Shown: positions 7,109 through 17,180 of the stretch, piece after piece
Numbering within the stretch: position 1 is the stretch's first letter
How the letters are laid out: each line of letters starts with the position of its first letter
DNA from: Candidatus Poribacteria bacterium
GTDB lineage: Bacteria > Poribacteria > WGA-4E > WGA-3G
NCBI GenBank assembly: GCA_003635195.1
Contig: PYIY01000200.1
Location: 3,855-67,854, forward strand
Reading direction: 5' to 3'
DNA length: 64,000 nucleotides
Notes under the pieces: model-generated
Told to the model about the DNA's origin: nothing
Seen by the model: the letters and a program-made list of their open reading frames with translations, nothing else
Databases searched by the model: none
Translations under genes and position numbers: made by a program

Positions 7109-9882
7109 GAGTCTTAATTGTTGCGAAAACCCGAATGGGCAGCGGTGCGTGCATCGGCGCGATTACAGAGACAGGACAAAGCGTCCGACTTATTCCGTTT
7201 AATGCTGATCCCCATGATGGCGCGAACGGCGAATATGAGGTTGGTGAGATTTGGGAGATTTCCGCCGAGCCCGAGACTTCACTGATTCCACCGCATAACG
7301 AAAATATTGTTGTTCATAAAAAATCGCGTCTTCACCCCGCAAAAGACACTAAAGATTTAGTAAGTGCGATTGAACTTTTGATGCCGCCAAAAACTGGGGA
7401 TCCACGAGAGCTTTATGAAGGCTTACTGAAAACGACAAGTAGCGGTTCACTCTACATCGCTGTGGACGGTGATATTCCACCTTACAGTACTACGTTTTGG
7501 AGGCCGGATCAACCGCTTACTCGCGATACAGAAGAGAAACGAATACGATATCGCTACCCTATCGAAAATGGGAGCTGTACGTTCACCTTTGTCGGTTTCC
7601 AAGAACCGATTGAGACAATTCCTGCAGGTATGCTCCTGCGTGTATCGTTGGCACATCGGTGGAAACCAAAAGATCAGCCTGATGCTGAAGAACGGCACTA
7701 CGCGCAGCTCTCTGGCTGGTTTTTTGAAGAAGTAGAACAGGGGCAATCGGAACGTCCCAGAGAACGGGAACAGCCTTCACCTACAATTTCAACGCAAACT
7801 CCTTTAGATATCCTCACAGACGTTTTCGGACATAAAGAGTTTCGTCCATTTCAGGAGACTATCATCAACCACATCCTAAAACGACAGGATGCCCTGATTG
7901 TTTTACCGACAGGTGGCGGAAAATCGCTCTGTTATCAATTGCCTGCACTCATGTTTGATGGCGTAACCGTTGTTGTTTCACCCCTAATTTCACTGATGCA
8001 GGACCAGGTGATGCAACTCCAAAATCGTGGTATCCATGCCGCGTTTCTCAACCATACCGTCAGACATACAGAATACGTCGCCACGATGCAGCGAGTTAGA
8101 CAGGGTGAAATCAAGCTGCTTTATCTTGCTCCTGAAACGCTTGTCCGTGCTGAAATACTTACTATGCTTGAGGATTCAGAAGTTGCCTGTCTTGCGATTG
8201 ATGAAGCACACTGCATCTCAGAATGGGGACACGACTTTCGGCAGGAATATCGACAGTTAGTTTCTATTCGCGAACGATTCCAAAACGCTGTTTGCGTTGC
8301 CTTAACAGCTACTGCAACTCCGCGGGTTCAAAATGACATCAAAAAATTACTCAAGTTTGACGAGGGAAATGAATTCATAGGCAGTTTTGACCGAGAAAAT
8401 CTATTTATCGCTGTTGAACCGAAAGTTGAATCACTGGAACAGACACTGGCGTTTCTTAATAGGCACCGTGGTGAATCTGGCATTATATATTGTCAAACCA
8501 AGAAGCGGGTTGAATCGCTCTGTCGTAATTTAACTGCCAGACGCATCTCAGTCCGTCCTTATCACGCAGACCTGGATAACGTAACTCGGAAACAGAATCA
8601 GGAGGCTTTCATTAATGGCGAAATCCGAGTGATCGTCGCCACAATCGCCTTCGGTATGGGAATCGATAAGGCGGACGTGCGTTTTGTTCTACACGCTGGA
8701 CTGCCAAAGGAGCCTGAATCTTACTATCAGGAGATCGGACGTAGCGGACGCGATGGACTTCCAGCGGAATGTCTTTTGCTATTTAGTTACGGCGATGTTG
8801 ACACTATCAACCATTTCATTGATCAAGGTGCAGAATCCGAAAAACGCGGACGGCAAGAACGATCACAAACACTAATTTCGTGGGCAACGTCAATAGCGTG
8901 CCGTCGAAAAGTATTGCTGGCTTATTTTGGCGAGGAATACGATCAAGAGAATTGTGGGATGTGTGACAACTGCCGTAAAGCGGAAATAGAGAAAGTTGAC
9001 TTGACGGTCCCAGCACAAAAATTTCTCTCCTGTGTCGTCCGGACAGAAGAACTATTCGGGGAAGCGTATATCATTGATATATTACGGGAGTCAAAGGGGA
9101 AAAAGATCCTTGATAACAGACACGATAAACTCTCCACGTATGGCATCGGTATGGACTACAGCAAGAGGCAGTGGCGATATCTGTCGCATCAATTCCTCCA
9201 ACACAAACTCCTTGAGCGAGATGCGCGGCACGGCAGCCTCCGTGTAACTCAGAAAGGTTGGGATGTGCTGAACGGCGGCGATCAGTTTTGGGGAGTTTCG
9301 GTAGAATCGGTACACCACACCACATCTGAAGCGCTGACTGAATACGATCTCAAACTCTTCAAATTGCTCCAGACTGAACGAGACAGAATCACTGAGGCGG
9401 AAGAGGTACACCCTAATGAGGTTTTCCACGATAAAGCACTGCGAGCAATGGCGACCTATTTTCCGACATCTGAGGAATCGTTCAGAGTGATGCCAAGTGT
9501 AGGCCCTGCAAAAGCCGAAAAATACGGGGATGTCTTTTTACCAATCATTCGTGACTATTGTAAGAAACATGGAACGGATCTGGTAGAAAACAGAACTGAA
9601 GGGTTAAATACTTATGTCCCCACATCCGAAGAACCGGATACATACGCTCCGGAACTTTTTGAGCGACTTCGTGATAAACGCAGAACTGTAGCAGATGAGG
9701 AAGAGGTTCGAGCGTTTGTTGTCTTCCACGACAAGACGTTACGGGAAATGGCAACCTCTTTTCCGCGAACCAGAGAGGCGTTCGTGCAGATTCGTGGTAT
9801 TAGTCTCAGGAAAATGGAAAAATACGCAGACGATTTTTTGCCAATTATTCGTGACTATTGCAAGGAACACGGTATTGATTGA
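7105..9882 (+). CDS. recQ: RecQ-family DNA helicase with ~235-aa unassigned N-terminal module and two C-terminal HRDC domains
   Basis: Helicase motifs FRPFQ, LPTGGGKS, DEAHCISEWGHDFR and ALTATA. Zn-binding CRRK...CGMCDNC. Two HRDC-like copies each end in FLPIIRDYCK(K/E)HG. The GTG start overlaps the upstream stop. Confidence 0.85.
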   Translation: MRVLIVAKTRMGSGACIGAITETGQSVRLIPFNADPHDGANGEYEVGEIWEISAEPETSLIPPHNENIVVHKKSRLHPAKDTKDLVSAIELLMPPKTGDPRELYEGLLKTTSSGSLYIAVDGDIPPYSTTFWRPDQPLTRDTEEKRIRYRYPIENGSCTFTFVGFQEPIETIPAGMLLRVSLAHRWKPKDQPDAEERHYAQLSGWFFEEVEQGQSERPREREQPSPTISTQTPLDILTDVFGHKEFRPFQETIINHILKRQDALIVLPTGGGKSLCYQLPALMFDGVTVVVSPLISLMQDQVMQLQNRGIHAAFLNHTVRHTEYVATMQRVRQGEIKLLYLAPETLVRAEILTMLEDSEVACLAIDEAHCISEWGHDFRQEYRQLVSIRERFQNAVCVALTATATPRVQNDIKKLLKFDEGNEFIGSFDRENLFIAVEPKVESLEQTLAFLNRHRGESGIIYCQTKKRVESLCRNLTARRISVRPYHADLDNVTRKQNQEAFINGEIRVIVATIAFGMGIDKADVRFVLHAGLPKEPESYYQEIGRSGRDGLPAECLLLFSYGDVDTINHFIDQGAESEKRGRQERSQTLISWATSIACRRKVLLAYFGEEYDQENCGMCDNCRKAEIEKVDLTVPAQKFLSCVVRTEELFGEAYIIDILRESKGKKILDNRHDKLSTYGIGMDYSKRQWRYLSHQFLQHKLLERDARHGSLRVTQKGWDVLNGGDQFWGVSVESVHHTTSEALTEYDLKLFKLLQTERDRITEAEEVHPNEVFHDKALRAMATYFPTSEESFRVMPSVGPAKAEKYGDVFLPIIRDYCKKHGTDLVENRTEGLNTYVPTSEEPDTYAPELFERLRDKRRTVADEEEVRAFVVFHDKTLREMATSFPRTREAFVQIRGISLRKMEKYADDFLPIIRDYCKEHGID

Positions 9883-9891
9883 AGGTTCTTT

Positions 9892-11535
9892 TTACTGCGA
9901 TCCAGGAGTATTTTGGATATTTGAAGGTGGTTCTTGCATCACAGGAATGACGTAACTCCGAATCGTCAAACCGTCTATAGTTTCCGTTTCTACGCGCGGC
10001 TCTGGCTCTTCCCGATGATCAAAGACGATGTAGTACCCCGCTGTTACACCTTCAGATTTGAGATACACTGCAAGCTGCTTTTTACCGGCTTGATAGCGAC
10101 TGTCGCCTCTCCATATTTTCGTTTCAATGATGTACTTCTGTTGGTTGTAGGTGATAATGATATCCATCCTACCGCGGCCAGTTTGCACTTCAATATACAT
10201 AAAACCGCCGATGAGTTTAACAAACTGGTCAAGATACGCGAGCAGAAGATGCCTGCCAACAGATTCTTGTGGTGTATCAGGGACTTGCAGAATTTTGAAC
10301 CCTGCGCGGGCAACGAAATCTCGGAAATTATCCAGCAGTGCCCCCATATCAATCTGTCCTGTAGGTATGAGGTAATCCAGAAAACCTTCACGAGAATCTT
10401 CATGTAAGTACTTATCTTCCAGACCGTTCACGATTGCCTTGAATGCTTGTAGAATACAATACAGATAAATTGGATTAACTATTTCACACATACCATCAGC
10501 ACCTCTGGCAATAACCCCGTACGTAGCAAGTTCACTGATAATGTCCCTCCGTAGATTGAAATCAACGCCCTCATCCCGCGCCATAATTCGCATGAGAACG
10601 CTTTCAAATCGGCGGTCTCTTCGGATATTGGTAATCAGGTGCGTAAGATTAACGTTATCTTCTTCAAGGAGTTGTGCGTGTGCTTTTGACAAGTGCGCCA
10701 TGGTAATCGGTTCGCTTTTCGGAATATCTAACTCTTCAGTGAGGATCTGTGCAAATCGATTAACAAGTACAGGTTGCCCAGCAGTTTGCTTATGAATAGC
10801 GGCTATGACCTCTGCCCCAAAGACTTGTCCAACTTCGTCCGTATATTGCCCAAGTAGTTCCTGTACCTGTTCAAGGGTAAAGTTGGGCAGATGAAACTCA
10901 TCTTGAATATTGAATGGCGAAATTGAGCGGTCATAGTTAAGTTGGGCGATACTCTTAACTCCGATAATACCAACACTGTGTGGGCACCGAGGTTTACCAG
11001 CAATATAGATATGACGGAGTGTATGAAGAAAATCGCTCAGGGCAGCCTGCGGGATACCATCAAATTCATCAATGACGATTATAACCTGCTGCCCAGCATG
11101 TTCAGCGTCCAGAAAACGTGCGAACCGTTTAAAAAATGTCATCATCGAAAGATGATTTGTTAAAGTTGTCCCTTCCAAAAATCCACGTAAAGCCTCAGAG
11201 GGGACACATCCACGTCTTTGGAAAACGGTTTCTATCTCTTCACGCATCTGTTCATAAAGATATTCATAGAAAGTAGACAAGGTAAGGTTTTTACAGACAT
11301 CAAAGTTCAGTTGAATCGGAAAATAGTCTATAGTCTGCTCAACTGACGCTGAGCCAGCTATCAGTGCTGCTAAGGCATCTTGAAAAAAGGTAGTTTTTCC
11401 CGTTTGACGTGGTGCGAACAAGACAACATATTTGCCTTCTTCAACGCGTTTGATGTAATCGGCGATCTCATCAGAACGTGAAACAACGTAGTGCTCCTGG
11501 GCGTTGACGGGACCTTGCGTCCAAAAACGTCTCAT
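9892..11535 (-). CDS. AAA-ATPase-like protein with C-terminal PD-(D/E)XK nuclease-like domain
   Basis: Walker A APRQTGKTT, Walker B VIIVIDEFD. The C-terminus GRGRMDIIITYNQQKYIIETKIW has a D...E-x-K pattern. Strong RBS GGAGAGGAGGG. Convergent with recQ across a 9-nt gap. Confidence 0.65.
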   Translation of the reverse strand: MRRFWTQGPVNAQEHYVVSRSDEIADYIKRVEEGKYVVLFAPRQTGKTTFFQDALAALIAGSASVEQTIDYFPIQLNFDVCKNLTLSTFYEYLYEQMREEIETVFQRRGCVPSEALRGFLEGTTLTNHLSMMTFFKRFARFLDAEHAGQQVIIVIDEFDGIPQAALSDFLHTLRHIYIAGKPRCPHSVGIIGVKSIAQLNYDRSISPFNIQDEFHLPNFTLEQVQELLGQYTDEVGQVFGAEVIAAIHKQTAGQPVLVNRFAQILTEELDIPKSEPITMAHLSKAHAQLLEEDNVNLTHLITNIRRDRRFESVLMRIMARDEGVDFNLRRDIISELATYGVIARGADGMCEIVNPIYLYCILQAFKAIVNGLEDKYLHEDSREGFLDYLIPTGQIDMGALLDNFRDFVARAGFKILQVPDTPQESVGRHLLLAYLDQFVKLIGGFMYIEVQTGRGRMDIIITYNQQKYIIETKIWRGDSRYQAGKKQLAVYLKSEGVTAGYYIVFDHREEPEPRVETETIDGLTIRSYVIPVMQEPPSNIQNTPGSQ

Positions 11536-11645
11536 TTTTCCCTCCTCTCCGCGAAGTGTATCAACAAAATATTGTATTACATCCGGTTGACGAAATCAAC
11601 AAGGAATTCCGTTCTCAGTATCTGATAACCCATAATCGTAATCTG

Positions 11646-12566
11646 CTACACATCCCCAATTTTCCCCGATAGAAACGTAAAAATATCCGGTGTCGAGTTC
11701 CGATCCACCGATTCAATACGCGTATCCCCACGGAACCATGTTAGCTGCCGTTTGGCGAATCGACGGGTGTTCCGTTTCAGCTGCTCAACCGCTTCCAAAT
11801 ATGTGCACTTCCCATCAAGATAAGCGATCAACTCTTTATAACCAAAACTTCGGAGCGCAGTGGTATCACGCGCATGACCTGCTACTAACAGAGATTCCAC
11901 TTCGGCAATCAATCCGTTCGCAAGCATAACATCTACGCGTTGCTCAATACGACGGTAGAGCAACGCGCGCGGCATCGTCAAGCAGAAGGCGATAAACGGA
12001 TACCGCTGGCTCCCTTGATGCCATTGTTGCTGGTGTTGGGACATAGGAATTCCTGTCAATTCATAGACTTCCAAGGCACGAATGACACGGACGAGGTTAT
12101 TGGGATGAATACGATCGGCAGACGCTGGATCGCAGGCGCGAAGGCGTTCGTGGAGGACATCAACGCCCTGTTGTGCGGCTTCCTGATCAAGTCGTTCACG
12201 GAGTAAGGGATCTGCCCCTGGTCCCTCAAACAAGCCATCAACAATCGCGCGAAAGTAGAGACCTGCCCCACCAACAAGTAGCACCTGTTTGCCTCTGTTT
12301 TGGATATCGGCGATCGCTGTGTCTGCGAGGGATTGATAATCAGCAACGGAGAAGGTTTGTGAGATGTCTACGCAGTCTATGAGGTGATGCTGTGCTGCTT
12401 GTTGTTCTTCAGCGGTAGGTTTGGCGGTGCCAATGTCCATTTGCCGATAGATTTGCCGGGAATCGACGGAAACAATTTCGGCATTGAGACGCTGTGCTAA
12501 TTGAATGGCTATCTCTGTTTTGCCGACTGCTGTAGGACCGAGGAGACAGAGGAGTCTTGACTTCAT
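11646..12566 (-). CDS. miaA: tRNA dimethylallyltransferase
   Basis: LLGPTAVGKTEIAIQLAQRLNAEIVSVDSRQIYRQMDIGTAKPT is the classic MiaA N-terminus. Length 306 aa. Confidence 0.9.
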   Translation of the reverse strand: MKSRLLCLLGPTAVGKTEIAIQLAQRLNAEIVSVDSRQIYRQMDIGTAKPTAEEQQAAQHHLIDCVDISQTFSVADYQSLADTAIADIQNRGKQVLLVGGAGLYFRAIVDGLFEGPGADPLLRERLDQEAAQQGVDVLHERLRACDPASADRIHPNNLVRVIRALEVYELTGIPMSQHQQQWHQGSQRYPFIAFCLTMPRALLYRRIEQRVDVMLANGLIAEVESLLVAGHARDTTALRSFGYKELIAYLDGKCTYLEAVEQLKRNTRRFAKRQLTWFRGDTRIESVDRNSTPDIFTFLSGKIGDV

Positions 12567-12576
12567 CTGTTGCGTA

Positions 12577-13140
12577 CTATGTGTTGTTATCCTGTATGCC
12601 GGATTCAGTCAACTTCGGAAGCCACCGCGTAAAGAGGGCAACAGCCTTGGGATCTTGGCGATGTGGTGCGAACAGGTATTTACCTTTGTACCTGTGTGTA
12701 CGGGAAAGTGCATAGATACCGTAACCAAACCCTCCCAGGTCGATAGCGATAACGCCGAGAGTGTTTACACCGATAGTGACAATACCGACAGCATTTGTAC
12801 CGACGGCAATAACACCGACAGTGTTTACACCAATAGCAACAATCCCACAAACGTTGACACCGCCAATAAAGACGCCAGCCACACTCACACCAATACCGAT
12901 AATATTAGTGAGGTTTGTCCCTATAGCAAACATACCATAATGAAGCGTTTTGCCATCATAGATCGCACCTGTGTCCATAATTACGGAAATAAGCCACTGC
13001 GAGAACCGCCAATTAGGTATGCTAATACACAAACTAATGATAATTACTGGACATATGACAATTAGATAAGCGATGCCGAATTTTATCCGATATGGTTTGA
13101 ACGCTTTTTGAAAGTTTTCGGGTGTAAATGCAGTTTGCAT
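12577..13140 (-). CDS. Hypothetical hydrophobic protein with seven tandem decapeptide repeats (x-A-I-G-x-N-x-x-G-x)
   Basis: 187-aa ORF packed between mnmA (21-nt gap) and miaA (10-nt gap). A 30-nt DNA periodicity is visible across ~12690-12900. Confidence 0.5.
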   Translation of the reverse strand: MQTAFTPENFQKAFKPYRIKFGIAYLIVICPVIIISLCISIPNWRFSQWLISVIMDTGAIYDGKTLHYGMFAIGTNLTNIIGIGVSVAGVFIGGVNVCGIVAIGVNTVGVIAVGTNAVGIVTIGVNTLGVIAIDLGGFGYGIYALSRTHRYKGKYLFAPHRQDPKAVALFTRWLPKLTESGIQDNNT

Positions 13141-13161
13141 TTTGAGAATCCCTATTCAGGG

Positions 13162-14262
13162 TTACTGTTCCATAGCGGTGTCGCGCGGGTCTACAATCCA
13201 ACCACCACCGAGGGCGTATTCACCATTGTAAAAGACGGTGGCTTGACCGGGAGTAATTGCACGGCGTGGTTCGTCAAATTTCACAACTGCCTCGGTGTCG
13301 CTGATAGGCGTGATGGTCGCTGGTCCACCGTCATCACGGGAACGGATTTTGACGTGCGCACGGATTGGTTCCGTTAACTTCTCAATAGCGATAAGGTTAA
13401 TACGTTCAACGTGCATCGTGTCCTCAAAGAGATCATCGGATTCACCAACAACGACAGTATTTTCTGCTGCGTTGAGCTGCGTCACATAGAGCGGTTTGCC
13501 GACTGCGATGCCTAACCCGCGCCGTTGCCCAACAGTATAAAACGGGACACCGTCATGTTTCCCAAGAACATTGCCTTTTTCGTCAACAATATCGCCACCC
13601 TCAATTTTCTCTGGGACTCTGTCCTGAAGAAAACGTCTATAGTTAGTATCAGCGACAAAGCAGAGTTCTTGGCTCTCAATTTTTTCAGCGGTACGCAACT
13701 GATACTTTCTGGCAAGGTCACGGACCTCGGATTTCGTATATTCACCGAGGGGCATCATTGCACATTGCAACTGTTCTTGCGTGAGTGCGGCGAGAAAATA
13801 TGATTGATCTTTGCTCACATCAAAGGCTTTGCGTAAGAGATAGCGTCCGGTTTCCGAGTCTTGCTCAATACGGGCATAGTGTCCTGTGGCGATGGCATCG
13901 CACTCCAATGTCTTAGCAAGGTCAAGCAGTCTACCAAACTTGAGCTCTCGGTTACATACCATGCATGGACTGGGGGTCCTGCCGACGAGGTATTCTTCCA
14001 CAAAGTAGTCGATAATCTGCTCGCGAAAAACATCCTCGTAGTTTACGCCATAGAAAGGGATACCGAGTTGTGTGGCGACGCGGCGTGCATCCTCAATGCC
14101 TTCAAGGGAACAGCAGTTCGGACGCTCCGGGTCAACCTCGATAGTATCAGGCGCGCCGAGACGCATGGTGATGCCGGTGACATCATAGCCTGCGTCAACC
14201 ATCATGGCAGCAGTGACGGAGCTGTCTACACCTCCGCTCATTGCGACAAGAATTTTTCTCAT
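13162..14262 (-). CDS. mnmA: tRNA-specific 2-thiouridylase
   Basis: PP-loop ILVAMSGGVDSSV, NCCS, GHYAR and the C-terminal beta-barrel region. Length 366 aa. Confidence 0.9.
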   Translation of the reverse strand: MRKILVAMSGGVDSSVTAAMMVDAGYDVTGITMRLGAPDTIEVDPERPNCCSLEGIEDARRVATQLGIPFYGVNYEDVFREQIIDYFVEEYLVGRTPSPCMVCNRELKFGRLLDLAKTLECDAIATGHYARIEQDSETGRYLLRKAFDVSKDQSYFLAALTQEQLQCAMMPLGEYTKSEVRDLARKYQLRTAEKIESQELCFVADTNYRRFLQDRVPEKIEGGDIVDEKGNVLGKHDGVPFYTVGQRRGLGIAVGKPLYVTQLNAAENTVVVGESDDLFEDTMHVERINLIAIEKLTEPIRAHVKIRSRDDGGPATITPISDTEAVVKFDEPRRAITPGQATVFYNGEYALGGGWIVDPRDTAMEQ

Positions 14263-14436
14263 GGAACTACCCGATTTATTGAAATATAATCATCAATTGT
14301 ATTTAATTATATCACACAAAAGTGGGTTTGTCAGGCTAAAATTGGTATCCCACACAGTTGTAGTTTCTATGGAGATGAAGGGCAAGGTTAGGGGTGCGGT
14401 TACAAACCGCACCTACTAAGGAGAATGGATAAATAA

Positions 14437-15603
14437 TTAAGAGAGCTGCCAATCCTCTTTTCCGGCGTAGCGGTCATCGTAAACGTCTTGATCGAGTTCC
14501 AAGCCAAGTCCGGGGGTATCCGGCACAGTGAACGTGCCATCGGTGAAACCGTAGCCAGAGGTATCAATGACATCGCTGGTGAGGGTTGCGACTTCGCCGT
14601 AGAGGAAGTGCGGAATCGTCTTCGCGAATTGGAGACTGAGGAAGAAGCCGAGCAGAGACCCCCAGTTATGCGGTGCGCATTGGACCTCGTGCGCAGCTGC
14701 CATATCCGCGAGCCGCCGCCAACCGGTAACACCTAAGCCTTTCATATCGTGCTGAATCACATCGATCACGCCAGCCTCAAAGAAAGGGTCGTAGAACTCA
14801 AGCGGGGCGCGGGTGCGGGTCTCGCCATCAGCAATCAATGTTTTTAACCCTTTTTCTTGGATAAAGGCTTTCAGGTTGCGATACAATTCAACGTCTTCTT
14901 CAAACATTTCCTCGATCCAAAAGACATCGCAATTGCTGGTTTCATTGAGGAAGGTAATGACCTCGTCGTAGGTATAAGCGTTGTTTGCATCGACGAGGAT
15001 ATTGAAGCCTTCACCTGCTGTGCTGCGGGCAAGTTGGACGACCTCTATGTCCCGTTGTAACCCTGCTGTGCGCTCCATGAGATGGTTACCCCGTCCCATT
15101 TTCATCTTGCATGCGGTAAACCCATTAGCGAGGCTGCTTTTAACATCGTCTTCAATCCGCTTGAGTCCTTCGGCTTTCGTCTCGTAGAGGAGGTCATTGA
15201 AGTAGATAGTGCTATCGTAAGCAGGCAGCCCGTTTGAAAAAACACCACTGCCCATGAGTTGATAGGCAGGTTTACCGAGAATTTTGCCGATAGTATCCCA
15301 AAGTGCATTTTCAAGCCCGCGAAATTCTTCAACAACCCCATCTTCAGGATTCAGGAGGTCAAATGGATTTTGATTCAGTACGGCTTCTGCATCTTCAGCG
15401 GATGTTGTCGCCCAACTGCCAACTCCCCATCCGAGTGTTCCATCGTTGGTATAGATGCGGACAATGCGTTCGTGCCACTTTCCGTTCGGATCAGGCTGTT
15501 TTATCTCTTTTGCCCCGGAATTGCAACCGATTGCGGGTTGGTCAATCTCGACTGTAACCTGCTCAATTTTGTTAATCTTGATGTCAGCGGGATAATTCTG
15601 CAT
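14437..15603 (-). CDS. Enolase-superfamily enzyme (mandelate racemase/muconate lactonizing family)
   Basis: FTACKMKMGR, ILVDANNAYTYDE and VFWIEEMFEED are metal-ligand-containing motifs typical of the MR/MLE subgroup. Confidence 0.7.
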   Translation of the reverse strand: MQNYPADIKINKIEQVTVEIDQPAIGCNSGAKEIKQPDPNGKWHERIVRIYTNDGTLGWGVGSWATTSAEDAEAVLNQNPFDLLNPEDGVVEEFRGLENALWDTIGKILGKPAYQLMGSGVFSNGLPAYDSTIYFNDLLYETKAEGLKRIEDDVKSSLANGFTACKMKMGRGNHLMERTAGLQRDIEVVQLARSTAGEGFNILVDANNAYTYDEVITFLNETSNCDVFWIEEMFEEDVELYRNLKAFIQEKGLKTLIADGETRTRAPLEFYDPFFEAGVIDVIQHDMKGLGVTGWRRLADMAAAHEVQCAPHNWGSLLGFFLSLQFAKTIPHFLYGEVATLTSDVIDTSGYGFTDGTFTVPDTPGLGLELDQDVYDDRYAGKEDWQLS

Positions 15604-15715
15604 AGCCGTTAATCACCTTCCACTATTCGGTCCCGGAGTTTTAGCATTTGACTTGACACAATCACTCACCCAGCGTTGGACATTTCGGCACTCACGAACT
15701 GTGCGCTTCAGTCCC

Positions 15716-16912
15716 CTACTCCTCCTCAAGTGCGAGGAGCAGTTGATTGAGTTCGTCTCTCACCATATCGTTGGTTTCCTTCTTGTCGTAAAAGAGATAA
15801 ATTTTATGCGGTAGATTGTCGTACTCGTCGGCTTCTTCAACCTGCTTAATTAGGGCAGGTTTCTTAAGAAGTTGCACGATGCGGAGTCTATCTTCGTGGT
15901 CGATGATTTCCGTATCTGTTAACAACTCGATCAAACGGGCAGCCAACTCATTAACGAGCCCTTCTTCGGCATAATGGTTCAAAGTATCAATTGCGGCTTG
16001 CTTCGTATCAGGACTCGATCCATTATAAGTCAGAATTGCAACGAGATTGTCAACAGCACCTGCGTCAGGATATTTCCGCAGTGCTACAGCAATGTCCCTA
16101 CGTACGGTGTCATCAGAATCCTCAAGGGCATCAATCATCTTAGTCGTGGGATGTTCTTTGAGGAATATCATAGATTTTGCGGCGGCCCGTCGGACGACCA
16201 CGTTACTATCAGTCAAACCCTCGATGATTTTTTGTTCGGAGCCTTCATTGCCAAGCAGATAGAGTGCGGTGTTAATTTCCATCTCCAACCCTTTATCAGT
16301 AGTAGCATTTTGGAGGGTTTCTAACCCCGCGCTGGCGGATGTGTCCCCTATCTCGCCTACGATACGAACCAGCTGGATCTTTACAGCCGGTGGCGTATTG
16401 CTATCGCCGGCTGCCTCCAATATGTCTTTAATAGCTGGGCTGCCGATTTCCAGCAAGATATGAACGAAGTCGCCATGGACATGGCGATACCGGTTTTTAA
16501 CAAGGTCCTCTAAAATGAAAGGCACGGCTGGTGCGCCTTTATCAACAAGGATTTGCATAGCATCCTTCTGTATCCTGTGGCGTTCATCAAGGATTTGCAG
16601 GATTTTCTTCATCTCATATTCACCCAATTCGCCGATGCGTCGGTCCCGCTCACTTTTATATCTGGCATCCACTTTGTGAACCCTCGCAGCACCGGATGAA
16701 AGCGCGTTACTATATGCAATAACCAAGAGTGCACGAGGTTCGACCTTGTTTTGCTCCTCCTGTTCCGCACGTTCAAGGTGCTCAACGGCTTCGAGCGTGA
16801 GCCCTGCGTCTAATAACTTACTCCTGCCGACTTCAAGCTGGGTGATGACCTGTTCCTGACAACCGAAGCTCACAACCCCTATAAGCAGTAATATTGTCAA
16901 AATTTTTTTCAT
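15716..16912 (-). CDS. HEAT-repeat lipoprotein (paralog 1)
   Basis: Start taken at MKKILTILLLIGVVSFGC, a lipobox-like SFGC; the track ORF extends to 16987. HEAT/PBS-lyase-like repeats include SNVVVRRAAAKSM and DSDDTVRRDIAVAL. Confidence 0.6.
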   Translation of the reverse strand: MKKILTILLLIGVVSFGCQEQVITQLEVGRSKLLDAGLTLEAVEHLERAEQEEQNKVEPRALLVIAYSNALSSGAARVHKVDARYKSERDRRIGELGEYEMKKILQILDERHRIQKDAMQILVDKGAPAVPFILEDLVKNRYRHVHGDFVHILLEIGSPAIKDILEAAGDSNTPPAVKIQLVRIVGEIGDTSASAGLETLQNATTDKGLEMEINTALYLLGNEGSEQKIIEGLTDSNVVVRRAAAKSMIFLKEHPTTKMIDALEDSDDTVRRDIAVALRKYPDAGAVDNLVAILTYNGSSPDTKQAAIDTLNHYAEEGLVNELAARLIELLTDTEIIDHEDRLRIVQLLKKPALIKQVEEADEYDNLPHKIYLFYDKKETNDMVRDELNQLLLALEEE

Positions 16913-17180
16913 GTTCCGTTTATCTTTTCCTCCTGGAATCTCAATTAGACTCATCCGTCCGTGATGCGTGTCGCGTTCATGTGTCATGAAGATAATGTAG
17001 GACGCACATCATTCAACTGCACAATCTGTAAGCGCATAAAAAAGAGCCAACCTAAAACCTTTTCGCCGGACTTGTGGGATCAAATTTAGGATGAAGCTTG
17101 TAGGTTCTTCATATAGCGTCTATATTTGCACATCCACCGAATAGTTGTTACAGATCGGGATAAGTACTGATGTAAAGAAT

